This document shows positions 26,601-39,203 of a stretch of 64,000 nucleotides of DNA, piece after piece; positions within the stretch are counted from its first letter, which is position 1, and each line of letters opens with the position of its first letter. Below the pieces are notes generated by a model. That model was not told the origin of the DNA. It searched no databases and was given only the letters and a program-made list of their open reading frames with translations. Source of the DNA: Botryllus schlosseri (taxonomy: Eukaryota); assembly GCA_051294905.1 (NCBI GenBank), contig CM119381.1, positions 27,838,001-27,902,000 of the forward strand. The letters are read 5' to 3'. The translations under genes were made by a program, and so were the position numbers.

Positions 26601-28592
26601 CTCCTTAGACATGCTATATGAACTGAATATATCCATCCGTCTTTTTGAATTCTTTTCAAACTTCGGTTTAGCCTAAAATCGGAAGCGATTATCCTTCTTG
26701 CCACAACTCAAATATAACACAGCAATGATCACCCCGCTTATAATAAACTACCTTTGGCCCTCGCAAAAAAAAAACTGTCGCAGCTGGTAGCTGTTAGCTT
26801 TAAGCGCCGGTCACTTGCTGAGAGTGAAGTGGACGTTCATCTCTTTGACCGCTAGCAACCCCGACGATCGACGGCTGGCGCGCTTATGAGCTGAGTTGGA
26901 CAATTTGAGAATCTTTTCGTCTTTGCCGAATTTATTAGAATTGGAATGAGCTTCACAGATTTCTCCAAATTCGATTACGGTAGATGATAATTATTAAATT
27001 CGCAAAAACTTGGAAATTGAATTAAATTTCGGATTTAGGAAGAAATGCAACAAAAATCGAGTTAGTTTATATCAAATCGAAGAGACTCTTGGGGGTACAG
27101 AACTTCGATACACATTTGAATAATATATTCGTATTCAAATAAAGCTGAATATTTTCGCCTGATAAATCTTTGTAGTACTGTGCATGTTTCGTATGCCACG
27201 ATACGACCATTCCAGGCTTATGACCTTCCACAGCGGAAAAGATTTTTAAAATCTTAATTCTCTTAGTGGCAAGGAGCGTATCATTTCAATATTCAAAAAA
27301 AAATCATCATTTGCAACTCGACTTTAATCATTGGAATTAAAGCCAGATTCAGATCGAGTGTTCGAATCATTGTGCTCAGACCTAATCGCGAGAAACAGAA
27401 ATATATCTAATTTGGAGTGGGGATATATATTTGAAATGGAATTTCGTATATGATGTCAAATTACACATTTAAAATCAGAGTATATAAGTAAAAGAAAGAT
27501 ACTACGGTGGGGTTTGGACTTAGATTTTGGGATTTCGGTGTAATGAGCAAATTCAAATTACCTATTTGGACATAGCATTTGGAATGATAGTAAGAAACAA
27601 TTGAAATTATGTATTAGACATGAAATTAGAGTTCAACGTCGCTTTCTGAATGATTTTAAACAAATCCAATTTTACTATACGATGATCAGTTGATCACGCT
27701 ATATATGTTGTGCGTTCGATCGCACGGCCCTTCTACAATTACAGCCAATTTAAACTTGAAACTCAGAGATAATCTACTTGATTATAATTGATCTTGGCGG
27801 TACTGTTTTACAAGCTTCCAACATCAACAATAAGCTCCCGGTCAGGGTTGCACTACTAGAAACTTCCTAGCTTTTTCAAATTAGATTGGAATTAGAATGA
27901 TAGCGGCGAAGCTTTTTCCAAATTAGGTTACAGTTAGAATACTTGGAAATTGAATTAAAGTCCGCATTAGAAGGAGATGCAATGAAAATCAATTTCATTT
28001 CATATTAAATTAAGTTCATTCTCGTAAGGGCGAGAATGGCAAATGTATGTACATTGTACAATGTACAGTAGTGCTCTTCAAAAATAACTTTTTTTTCTCA
28101 AATCGTACTGGCTACTTGATAAGATTGTTAGGTTACCTAATTTTAACCTACACACAAAATTTGGTTCAAATCCAGCCAGTAACCGCTTTGCTACAGGAGA
28201 AGAAAGTTTCTATTTATTGTATAAAAATAAATAACAAAAAATTTGAAAATTTTCTGTTAACCCCATGGAAGTGTTAGGTTGTCTATAGAAACTATGTTCA
28301 CCAAATTTGGTTCTATTTCAACCAGTAGAAGCGGAGTTATTGCCGTCGAAAAATTTGAATTATGAATAAAATAGTATTTACGGTGACCAATTCTTTAATT
28401 ATTTATTATAAATACTATTTTCTTCAAATCCAACTTATATATGTTCTTTTCAACTCATAGTTATATTATTATCAACTAGAATTATAGTTTCATGACTTTG
28501 ATTCCGTCATGAAAAGCGTCAAACCATCAAGCACAGGAAAATTATTGCACACGCCAGCGCGCGTTGGCGGAATCGAATTTTCTGTGAACAGA

Positions 28593-28966
28593 TTTTCAAA
28601 ATTAGATTAGAATTGGAATGATAGCTACACAGTTTAGTCCAAATTAGATTAGAGTTCGCAAAAACTTGGAAATTGAATTAATTTCCGAACTGGAAAGAAA
28701 TATAATATAAATCAGCTTCAGTTCATACCAAATGACAGTTTTTTTTTCTCGTAAGCATGAGAATAGCCAGTGACTATACAGTTATACACTGTACAGAGAA
28801 CAGTACACCAAGCTTAGCTCGTTTCGAACTATACAGCTCTACAGCGTTTTCAGGTAAGAATGAAAATTAGAGCATAGGAACACTTCACAGATTAGATTAG
28901 AATTAGATTACCGGCATCTCGCTCTAATTAGCCTAATTACACAACTAGAATTATATAGTCCAAGTC
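28593..28966. repeat. Representative of an abundant dispersed repeat family with AATTAG(A) arrays
   Basis: Shared blocks (CCAAGCTTAGCTCGTTTCG, AATTAGATTAGAATT, TTGGAAATTGAATTAA) recur at ~4060-4334, 6730-6880, 7650-8210, 22990-23355, 26895-27075, 27850-28040 and 29720-30150. Superfamily not determined. Confidence 0.8.
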
Positions 28967-30449
28967 CGCGGGGATGGAGACGTCACCGCTGTTGTAGTAT
29001 ACGTGACGCCGGGAGCGAAAACAATTTCCATCACGATTCCGCTCAGAGCATCTAACATTTCCAAAATTGCTGACATTTGCCAGGAATTAATTGTCAGATA
29101 AAGCTTAAATCGATCGAAAGCGAAATGCCTTTTGCATTTCCCAATTCAATTATAACTGACGCATGGCCTGCGGTTCGTCGTCTATAGTTTTAAAAGAACT
29201 CAAATAAATTAAACGTTCCGGTAATGAGATTAGAATCGAGTTTGTTGAATCAGAAAGCTTAATCATTCAATTGGAATTACTTCGTGCGTTAGCGTGCGTG
29301 TACTGTACAGTTCAGACTCGAGCTTGGTGGGGTTTACGTTTCATCAGACTGCTGAAAGTTTAGATTTCTACGGAGGAAATTTATAGACCGTTGGTTATCT
29401 CGTTTGGTTCGTAAGCGAGATTCTGTATGGTCGCCGTTTCTGAGCTTATCATCTGCTTGACTTGGGGAGATAGTGTTTGCTTTTCGCTTTGCGATCTCAC
29501 CTGGAATTCACCGTCGAACATTGTATTATTGTATTCGAGGCAGCTGTTCCGAATTTACGAACTGAAATCAGTGCTACTTCAGCGATAGCCTTTGGTGTTG
29601 GTGTAGCGAAGTTTGCCTCACGTCTGTGTATGATTTATCTGAGATGCTTCGTCGCCACAAGACTAGGTTGAATGAGCGCTGCTGAGGTCGGAATAGCCGT
29701 GGTGCGAGACTATGGCAACTAGATAATGAAATTCCAAACCTAATTAGAATAATTAGAGCGGAATCCGGGTAATCAAATTTAATCTAATTTGTGAAATGTT
29801 CTGGTGCTCTGATTTTAATTCTAATCTAATTATCGGTTTTCCTGAACATATTACAGGAAAACTTCATCGTGCGAAACTAGCCAGGATTATTGCACACTGT
29901 ACAGTGTACACAGAGACATTTGCCATTCTCATGCTTACAAGAACGACCTCTAATTTAATATGAATCGAACTCGATTTTTGTTGTACCTTATTCCTTTCTC
30001 ATCCAAAATCGAATTCAATTTCCAAGGTTTTGAAGATTCTGTTATTGGAGTTTGGGAAAGAAAACTGTTGCTGTCGTTCTACTTCTAATCTAACATGGAA
30101 AAGCATCATTCTAATTCTAATGTGATTTCGAATAGCTGAATATTTTCCAGTGCCTCAAATTAACCCTACGCACATTTCTTGAACCACTAGTCACCGTTTC
30201 ATCATAGTGTCCTATATGGTGTCGACACTGGCAAATCTCAAGCCTCAGTGAAATTGTATCACGTCACAATTTCCATTTGGCTACAGGCAATTTGACGGTC
30301 ATTTTTGACCGGCTTGTCGAGCATTAAATTTGGTAAAACGGGTATCAATCGAAAGCTGACTCTGCACTGATTACCAAAATATTAATTTTATTCCGCTCGT
30401 GGCCCTGGAACTCCCACAATCAGCCTCAAATTTTTCATTGTTACGGAGA

Positions 30450-30542
30450 TTGGCATTGGGACGCCACAATGCTGTCTATTTTTTTTCTCTTGAACTACTC
30501 TCTCTCGTTTCGCCAGACAGCATTGTTGCGTCCCAATGCCAA
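30450..30542. other. Isolated near-perfect hairpin (28-bp stem, 37-nt loop)
   Basis: TTGGCATTGGGACGCCACAATGCTGTCT (30450-30477) is the reverse complement of 30515-30542 with one mismatch. Confidence 0.85.
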
Positions 30543-31384
30543 CACCATATAGGACACTATGGTTTCATTAATCGATTTTCTTACTTGTAATTTCATATAT
30601 ATATAGTACCGGTGTATACAATTAATTACAATTGTTATTTTCCATTTTTTGTTACGATTGTTATCTCTACGCTGTTGGTATTCAGGTGTCAAGGGGATTT
30701 TTTGATCACTTACGATAAATTTGTTAATTTGTTTCTATAATTTCGAATCGAAATCAAGATATTTTTGCAGAATTCTAACGTGTGCGTTTTCTAAATGTGG
30801 TTTGCATGAAATTCGAGGCTACAGCAAAGGTATAATCGCACGCGCTCAATTGCCCGCCGCCTTGTAAAAGCAGCGTCTCGCGCGCTGCGAATCGATATAA
30901 TTACAGTTAATTAGAAGTGGTTCTAGTTTACCCGCTGGCGAATTTCTCATTAAAATTCAATGTAATTTCCATCCGTCACTCTAAATCAATTCCATTCCCT
31001 GCGGGCGAGGAGGAAAATTAAATTAAATTAACGGCTTTACTGGCGGAGACGTAATTGCGCGGTTTAAATTTTTTCTCGGTATTCAAAGTAGTGGCATTAA
31101 ATGGGTGCAGCTTGTACGGAGACGATTTAGTTGGCGAGCTCAGTCAGTGTCGAGTGCAGCAGTTGGTTCTTGGAATAACCCTTCACTGAAGTTAGCAATT
31201 TTGTCGCGCTATCTGCTAGCGCTAGTTCTTATACGAATGCGAGGAAACATTGAATATCGGTATAGCGAATGGAATATTTTTCTATCACGCTGTTAACTGT
31301 AGGGTACTAGTTTGTTTATGTTTATCATATTGTTTCAACGTTAATCGTGACCAAGATAAGGCCGAGATTGAATAGCATATTCCT

Positions 31385-31580
31385 ATTGTAATGAACCCGA
31401 ATATTTTCGGCTGACACTCGTCAGGGGAAATCGTCAGCAACTAGTGGAGAATTGGAAAGAACATTGTTCAGCAACATCCAATTCTCTGCTATTTGATTAC
31501 CATGGCGAGTGTCAGCCGAAAATATTCGAGTTAATTTCAATATCTTATTCAATTGCATGTTGGAGTTCTGTACCTCCAAG
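31385..31580. repeat. Inverted pair of the hammerhead-core repeat family (copy D, best-preserved core)
   Basis: - strand 31428-31395 reads TCCC CTGACGA GTGTCAGCC GAA AATATT C GGGT; + strand arm at ~31498-31531 has a mutated core and ends TTCTGTACCTCCAAGAAGCTC. Confidence 0.7.
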
Positions 31581-32382
31581 AAGCTCGTCATATGAAAGAA
31601 AATGAAAACTACACATACAGTTAATATTCTCAAAATATGTAAAATGGACATATGATAATTTGATTCCACGGCGACGATAGTCTGGACGTCTTCACAGTAG
31701 GAACACTATTTTATCGTCGAACATTTTAGTTTCAATACTGCGCTTTCGCAGTTAGAGGATTGGAGCCTCAAAACCTCGGCGAGCCGTAGTTGCGAATAGA
31801 AAAACATGTTGTGCAAGGGTACTAATATTTATGGTAGGACATTTCTGTCTAGTTACAGAAGCTCGCAATAGTAGCAAAGTGCCACGGAATGATTACGCTT
31901 CAGGATTATGAAGTGATCTTGGATGCCGTGTGACTGAAACCATTTTTCTTGCGGGCGCAATAAAGATACATATTAGAACCAGAGCCGCCAAGTCATTTTA
32001 GTGTCACGACGTCGTCATAGGTGGTGCGAATACTCAGGATCGAATCACCCAGATACTCGATTTTGACAAGCCCTATTTGATAGTATTTCAACAGTTATCG
32101 CGTTGGTGCGAACTGTGAATACACGTGCCGTGTTATATTTAGTGAGTCAGTCATACGTCAAATACCTAATTGTAAGACAGTGGCTATTAACTCGAACCCC
32201 GGGCGTTCGTTGGAAGTCAAGGCCCCACCCGACAGCAGAATTCACACTGATTTAACTGTAGTATTTCTGTTTTGTGTGAAAAATCATATTTTATTAGTGT
32301 TGTTCTTTTAAAACTTTTGTTGATACAATTTCTTTTGCGCACCGCCGCACCGGTATTTAGTAATGTATTAGATCTGTAATGT

Positions 32383-32586
32383 TAGGGTTACCAACGTCCT
32401 CTTTTAAGAGGACTTGTCCTCTTTTTTGACTTTATTGAAAGTATCCTCAGAGGACGCCCAAATCTCCTCTATTTTGAGAATTTTGGTTAAAATTTACCAG
32501 TTTTTCGGGATTTTCCTCCGGTATTGCAAGTCTGAAAATTTTGAAAAAGTGTCCTCTTTTCACATTTACAAAATACGGTAACCCTA
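32383..32586. mobile_element. Short hAT-like MITE with TAGGGTTACC termini
   Basis: 10-bp TIR TAGGGTTACC; GTCCTC repeats; TSD only partial (TAATGT). Relatives at ~6990-7140 and ~54200-54422. Confidence 0.7.
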
Positions 32587-32850
32587 TTAATGTGGTAAGT
32601 TTTTGTTCTTGTGAATAGGCGAAAATTTGGGGCTCGCCGAAGACTTGTTGATTAGCGTGAGGGTTCGCCAGATGATGAACCATTCTCTCTTATTTCACGA
32701 GACGTCAAACGATGACTCGTATCGGAATTAAAGTCTGCGGGCGCCAATAGCTATTTTTAATGTCAGATTTTAAACTTACGTTCGTGATTTTCATTTTCAA
32801 AATCAGCTTCCTCAATATAGCTTCATTGCTACTGATGTAGATAGTAAGTG

Positions 32851-35367
32851 ATGACTGACGCTGCCAGTCACGTTCAAGATATCGACATGAACAATCAAAT
32901 CGTGGAACCCGATGGAATGAAGGTTGAGGTCGACGAGAATAACGTCTCTCCGGACCAACCGGGTTTTCCGGAGTCGCAAATCGAAAATCTGAACGAACAC
33001 CTCGAATATTACAGCTCCGGATCGGAAAACAGGAGATATTCTCTTCCCGAGGCTTTGTCGCAGCACTTTTCAGTCGTGCAAGAGCTGGGTGACGGTACTA
33101 TCTCGGGGATATGCCATAGCTGCGGAGCCACGTTGAAATTCACGTTACGCGCTACGTCAAACTTAATCACGCACCTGAAACGGTGCGACGTGAACCGGTA
33201 CGAGATTTACTCGCAAAGCAGAAAATGTAGGAGAATGAGACGAGGCAGCCCCATACCTGCTGACCCAAGCGCGCAAGTATTCGACTTCAGGAGTCATCCG
33301 TGGGATACGCAAACCGCTCACAAACCTATCATGAGGCACTACAAAATCGTCGAATCCACATCGCACGGAAAGATCACGGCCCGCTGTTTCAACTGCGGCG
33401 GGCACGTGAAAGCAAGCGCGAAAGCGACGTCCAATCTAATCGCGCACTTGAAGAGATGCAGCCCGTCTCGTTTCGAACGCTACTGCAGAGACCGCGGCCG
33501 TAAGAAATCTCTCCACTCGCAATTTGACATGGCTAGGCTTTTCGCCGCTTCTGGTCTTCCTTACCGTGATCAGTCTCTACCGGCTCCCGAGAATGCTAAC
33601 CGCTCGGTGATCGTACGTGAAAACCAGCCTTCATTGGATGGCCCACGTCGGTTTAGCGCGGGAGAAATGGGTATTGTTGCTCCTTACCGTGAACAGCCTC
33701 TCTCAGCTCCAGAGAAAGCCAGCTACGATCACGCCGTTATACTATCCGAAAACCAGCCGTCATTGGAAGGCTCACGTCAGGTTTGCGCGGTAGAAAACTC
33801 GCCTCACGCTATACACTCGGCAGACAGGTCGTCTTGCCATCAAATGTTCGGCGCGCCGTTTTCGAAACAGCGAAAAATGGTGAAATCATTAGTTTTAAGC
33901 GTGGCCGCCGACCACGTCTCGTACGAGATTTTGTTGAAACCTAATTTGCGTACGTTTCTCTCGTCGGCTGACGATTCCTTCGTCATGCCCGACGCGAACA
34001 CGATGAATAAAGTCATAATCCCGCTTTGCGCCCAAAAAATCGAGGAAAAGATCATTTCTGAACTGCAGTATGCGAACAAGGTGTATTTATACGCGCACTT
34101 GTGGAGAAGCGCGGATTACGTGACATATGTTACCTTTCACGTGAATTTCATCAACGATAACTGGGAGCTTATCACACGCCATCTCGGATCTGGTGCGGGC
34201 GAATCGAAACTATTGCCGCCTTCCATGTTAGAGGCGATTGATCGCGTCACCAAAAGATTTAATGTCGACTCTAAAATAGAAAAAATAGTTGTAGACAACA
34301 GTTTCCCTTTGGCAGGCAACGCTTCGTTTTTGACATCAAACAGCGCTGTTACGAACGTGCCTGACTCTGATTTCTCAGCCTTGATATCATTTTTGCCCGA
34401 TACCATCGGATCAATCGCAGAGAGGCTAAGGTTCTGTCTCGCGAAAAGCCTGCTGTGTGATCAGATTCGATTCGCTCCTATCTTGATCTCCATCAAAAAG
34501 GCGACGGATATGACGTCCGCTTTGCGCTGCTGCCCGTGCGCGTTTGATTATTTACGACAGCAGCGCATCGAATTAGCCCCACGTAGCGCTTTCAATGATT
34601 TCGTGTGCCTTGTCGAGGCTCTGTCGACGATAATCGACAATTCCGCACATTTCCAGACCGCTTTGAGTCTTTTGAAAGCGCCTCTCAGTCAATCCTTCGC
34701 GCTGTCTGCTACAGAAATGCAGATTTTGACAGAAACAGTCCAGATCTTTCAACCGTTTCTCGCTGCCTGCAAGTATCTCGGCGAAGGCAGGCTGCGGTCG
34801 ATAGTACCTGTAGCTCAAAATCTAAGTCGAGCCATAGACGATATGGCGAATGTGCAACTAACCCATTGTGACGTAGTGCGCTCACGATTGTTAGATTTGG
34901 TCACGGAGCAGCTGCAGCCTGTTTTGTCTCGCGATGAAGTCAAAACCGCTTCCTTTCTCGACCCTAGGTTTAAATTGAACTGGCTCGAATCACAAGACGA
35001 TAAAGATGCATTTTTAACCAAAGTGAAAACGCTGGTTAGCCAACACGGATTGTCAAAAGTCGATTCCACTGCTAACGAAGGTGAAGATCCGGTTGACGGA
35101 GCATGTCAGTACTATCTGTCGGAGCCTCTCTCGCCCATGGATACAGATCCGCTGTTGTACTGGAAGTGTTGTCCTTCGACTTTGCAACCGTTGGCCTTGC
35201 TGGCACGCGCCCTTACTCCTTGCGTCATGAATTTTTCGACCGCTGAGACGCGGAATTTGACTTCCACGGTGGAAGAGTGTTATGACAAATTTCCCGGCGG
35301 TAAAGATTTCTGTGAACAGCTTCTGGTTATCGATGGAAACAAGGGACTGTTCAGCTGCTGCTTGTAA
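32851..35367 (+). CDS. hAT-transposase-derived ZBED-like protein with two BED zinc fingers, ~838 aa, probably domesticated
   Basis: Intact intronless ORF. Two BED-like fingers (CHSC...TSNLITHLKRC, CFNC...TSNLIAHLKRC). hAT core remnants (FHVNFINDNWEL, VVDN, FLDPRFK) and C-terminal dimerisation region (YLSEP...DPLLYWK). No flanking TIR/TSD seen. Confidence 0.9.
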   Translation: MTDAASHVQDIDMNNQIVEPDGMKVEVDENNVSPDQPGFPESQIENLNEHLEYYSSGSENRRYSLPEALSQHFSVVQELGDGTISGICHSCGATLKFTLRATSNLITHLKRCDVNRYEIYSQSRKCRRMRRGSPIPADPSAQVFDFRSHPWDTQTAHKPIMRHYKIVESTSHGKITARCFNCGGHVKASAKATSNLIAHLKRCSPSRFERYCRDRGRKKSLHSQFDMARLFAASGLPYRDQSLPAPENANRSVIVRENQPSLDGPRRFSAGEMGIVAPYREQPLSAPEKASYDHAVILSENQPSLEGSRQVCAVENSPHAIHSADRSSCHQMFGAPFSKQRKMVKSLVLSVAADHVSYEILLKPNLRTFLSSADDSFVMPDANTMNKVIIPLCAQKIEEKIISELQYANKVYLYAHLWRSADYVTYVTFHVNFINDNWELITRHLGSGAGESKLLPPSMLEAIDRVTKRFNVDSKIEKIVVDNSFPLAGNASFLTSNSAVTNVPDSDFSALISFLPDTIGSIAERLRFCLAKSLLCDQIRFAPILISIKKATDMTSALRCCPCAFDYLRQQRIELAPRSAFNDFVCLVEALSTIIDNSAHFQTALSLLKAPLSQSFALSATEMQILTETVQIFQPFLAACKYLGEGRLRSIVPVAQNLSRAIDDMANVQLTHCDVVRSRLLDLVTEQLQPVLSRDEVKTASFLDPRFKLNWLESQDDKDAFLTKVKTLVSQHGLSKVDSTANEGEDPVDGACQYYLSEPLSPMDTDPLLYWKCCPSTLQPLALLARALTPCVMNFSTAETRNLTSTVEECYDKFPGGKDFCEQLLVIDGNKGLFSCCL

Positions 35368-37425
35368 CCATTATTTTTATATGAACTGCTGTTGATATAG
35401 ATACCAGGAATATCCCTGGTAGATACATTTCCACACCTTTTTACGATTTGCATTACGGTACACTGCCTACCCTACCCTATAGCATAGTTCTTGGTCGTGA
35501 TTTTAAGTTATCACAGGTAATACTAACTACAATGCCCCAACGTGACCTGGGCGAAATGAGCGCATGCGACACGCACTTGCTCACTGCGCCACAATGGATC
35601 TACGATGTTAGGCCACTGTTGGAAAAATTGCTTACCTCAAAATATCAATGTAAACATGGAATGGCAACGACCGATTTTGCAGCTTGGTTCTGCCTCGCTG
35701 GGGCTGCATTCAGAATTGTTTTGCGGCAGCTACTGTAGGATTTCTGGCAATCCAAAAGCAATCGTCCAGAGCACAGAATTTACTGAATCTGGTCTTGATC
35801 GAAAGCTGCAATTTTTGATTCGATACTCAAAAGGTACAAGTTTCACAACTGCCCCTGCGAAACTTTCCTAATGTCCAGAGTTGATCAGTAACGAAGTACT
35901 TTAATATTTTAGTAGTACTCCAGTAGGTTTTGCCTACATTACTTGAGTGTTTATGATATATTGGACTTCTACTCAACAGTTGTTAGTTTTTAGGCAAAAC
36001 ATGCTAGACTCCTCCACATTTTTACTCCCTTGAAAGTCGCTATTTGTACTTGAGTAGAAATTTACGACGTAACGTCTACTTGACTACTTCGAGCGCTTCT
36101 GGTACTTGTTTACGTTCTCACAGCAGTGACACAGTGTCTCTGACACACCCATAGGGCCAAAAGTTTTCCTCCATTTTCTGTCATAATTGCCTACCCCGCC
36201 TCTTTACATCCCATACTCCATTTTGCTATTTAGTGCTCTTAGCAGCCTCAAAATATATGTTGACTCCGTCACTGCATGCATGCAGGCTATCGTAACACTG
36301 TGTGCGTGGCGGAATGTGTTGTTCGTTTCACACAAAAGTTGCTTGGATTTAAACATGAAACATGAGTGGGGTAGTCGATTCAGGGCCTGCAAGATGCTGT
36401 AGTCTGGTGGTAAGAAGTTCGTCAACAGTGATTGGTGATGCGAGACCATGGCAGGGAAGTCGATAACACGTCGTCTGGCGACAATGAGATTACGCGGATT
36501 GTATTATTTATCTAGTGCGCTGCGATTTATCATTTGCATATAGGTATAGGTGTAACTAGGGATGGTGTGAACCTCATAAATTTAGAGGTTCGCGTTCACA
36601 AACGAACCTTGGTAGATTCTGCACTGTGAATCTTTTTCATATATTACAATTTTCACTTCATTATAACATCTTTGGTTGAAATTTATTGCATTTCAACTGC
36701 GGGTCACTATATGCATGGGCGCTGACAGCACTTTACTTGCTTTGTTACAAAAGATTGCTCGAATATTTAGTGACTCTCTGCCGTGAGCTTGACTCGCTAT
36801 CACACAACATCAAGAGCGAAACACACTACGTGTAGGTAGTTTGTGAATGGTGCTTATTCAACCAATCAATGAAATTGATGTTTTTGTCTGCTGTAAAAAA
36901 TCTAGCAGGCGTATGGGGTCAATCTTGATTTCATATTTTTATTGTATCATACAAACCAAATCAGTTCGATTGGAGTGTTGACTACTGCTGTATAACCTGT
37001 TAATGGAGTAATATCGGTAGCAAGTATAGAAACCCGTTTTACGCTCTGCTCAATATCGAAGTAGCAATGCCCAGACGCCGAACACATTGTCCGGTCTGGC
37101 CTAGGCCGTTTAGGCGTTCGCTTGCGAGTCCTTGTCGAAATTGTTGGCAAAGTTACGGAAGACATTGATTTTATGGGATTATTATATCATTTTATTGTCC
37201 CAGTTGATACATTTAGCGACGTTTAAAACGTCAATATGTACTGCAGCATTGTGGCATTAAGTGGCCCTAGTCGTTGCTAGCTATCGTGTACCTGTACATT
37301 AATATAGGCTATTACTTCACTGAAATGTAGGATTGGAATTAGCAATATGACGTGCTATGTTATAGCAAAGCCTAATTTCATAATCCTTGGTGATTTTGAT
37401 GCTGTTCAGGTATCGTGACTATTAA

Positions 37426-38582
37426 AAGAGGTGGTTAAAGTATTCAAGAAAACTACTCAAGTAGAAGTCGCGACGAAAAAATATACTCAAGTAGAAGTAC
37501 TTCTTCAATAAGCCACCTAAAACTACTTGAAGTAGAATTGACTGACTTTAAATCTACTCAAGTAAGTAAGTATTTTGAAAACAGTCTCAATTCTTTCGTA
37601 TAGACTGTCAAAAGCTGCGAATTGAGCTATGCGGCAGGTGCAGAGAGCTTGATTCGTATTGATGCATCCCAGGAGGTATCACTTTTCGACAGAATAAGCA
37701 TTGTTTCGCATCATGGGATGCAAAATATAGTATTGACATGAAAATGCGATACTAACCCTTTGTAGAAGACCCATTTTAGAGAATAACATGGCATGTCCCA
37801 CAACCCCATATATTATAAGGCCCCAAGTTTAGGCGAAGACCAATACGTAGAAGTTGTATCGGATACGGTTTCATCACTTTGCGCGATTAGTATATGTTAA
37901 TAACAAATATTGTGGATCGTAAAAGTTATATTTAGTGTAGCTTTATGTTCGGAAAATAGAGGCATTATATTACACTTGCTTTTATGCTTCAACATGTATG
38001 TTCTGCAGACAAAAGAACTGAATGTAATTGTAACTAAAGTATGATACTCGCAATTGAAAGTGAAATCCAAATATATTTCATGTCTTTTGTCCATAAAGCT
38101 TCAAAGGTGATCTGCTAAAACAGGTGTAACGTTAAAAAATATGGATTTTCCAGATTTGCAAGACATAACCATATTGGCTGTGATGAAATATTTGATATGG
38201 GTGACAATGCGGTGTGAGAGGAACCAAGCAATCTGGTACCTAAATTATATTCACTGATACTTTCATGAAAATATATTTGTCACTCCATCAGTACTATGCG
38301 CTAGTGCAACAAAATTTCTGGACTTGACTTGACTTTAATGAATATTAAATGTTGGTACTCCGTGAAAACAGCCCCGAAATCCCGCCGGCTATCTTTCGTA
38401 TTGGGGGATTAAACTACTTCTACTTGACAAACTGAAAATAGCGAAAAGTAAGTAAGTAGATCACAAAATATTACGAAGTAGACGTATAGAAAATCAGATC
38501 TACTCGAGTAAGTACCAGAAGTAGAGGAAAACTACTTGAGTAATTCCAAAAAGTAGAAGTACATCGTTACTGACCACCTTTG
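37426..38582. mobile_element. Non-autonomous Tol2-like hAT element (~1.16 kb)
   Basis: Eroded (C)AGAGGTGGT termini and AAGTA(G) subterminal arrays; colinear in reverse orientation with 62065-63262; empty-site-like paralogous sequence near 42185-42260. Confidence 0.8.
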
Positions 38583-39203
38583 GTGACTTAAGAAACACTA
38601 TGGCTGTCAATTGATACCGGTTGAGATACATTTTGAGCTTTGGTCGTCACACTGTATTATTATCGGCGTGCTCTCAAATGTTGTGTAGACACAAGCGAAA
38701 AATTGACTTCACTTAACGCTTGGGCGCTGTGTTTTGCTATACCTGCAGTACGATGACTGGAACTCACATCAATCGTGAGTCCCATGAGGCAATTTTGTCC
38801 CCCTCACCGACAAGCCCAACCGGCGACCGATGTCGGATTCTTTAGTAGATACCGACTACATATACCCTCGATATAAGCGCCCGTTATTCAAAAGATATGG
38901 CTGCCAGAGTGAGCAGCATTCCCAAAACTTCAGAGACTTTATTTGAACAGCTTTACAGCCATTGCTATGCTTGGTGATGAAACAAACTAGAAAGGCTGCA
39001 TCTGAGGGAACCTGAGGCATTGCCCCACCTAAAAGTCTGTTCAATAACAATTATATACCAGACGCACAGCAATCAATATACACCGAGATCACAGCGAAAC
39101 CCGCATTCTTCTTGTGCTTTCGCTTTTAAATGCCCATACATAGCGAAGTCTCTGCGAAAATCGAATTCTCTTCTGTGTTTTCGCTTTGTGAACGCCTTGC
39201 CGG

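Noticed and set aside
32190-32240. tRNA/SINE-like B box (GGTTCGAG) on the - strand
   Set aside because: No clear A box or cloverleaf.
33163-35069. Small overlapping ORFs within the ZBED-like gene
   Set aside because: Antisense or alternate-frame shadows of a long coding sequence.
36947-37165. 72-aa basic ORF
   Set aside because: Part of a degraded repeat; a paralogous sequence near 51240 lacks the ATG.
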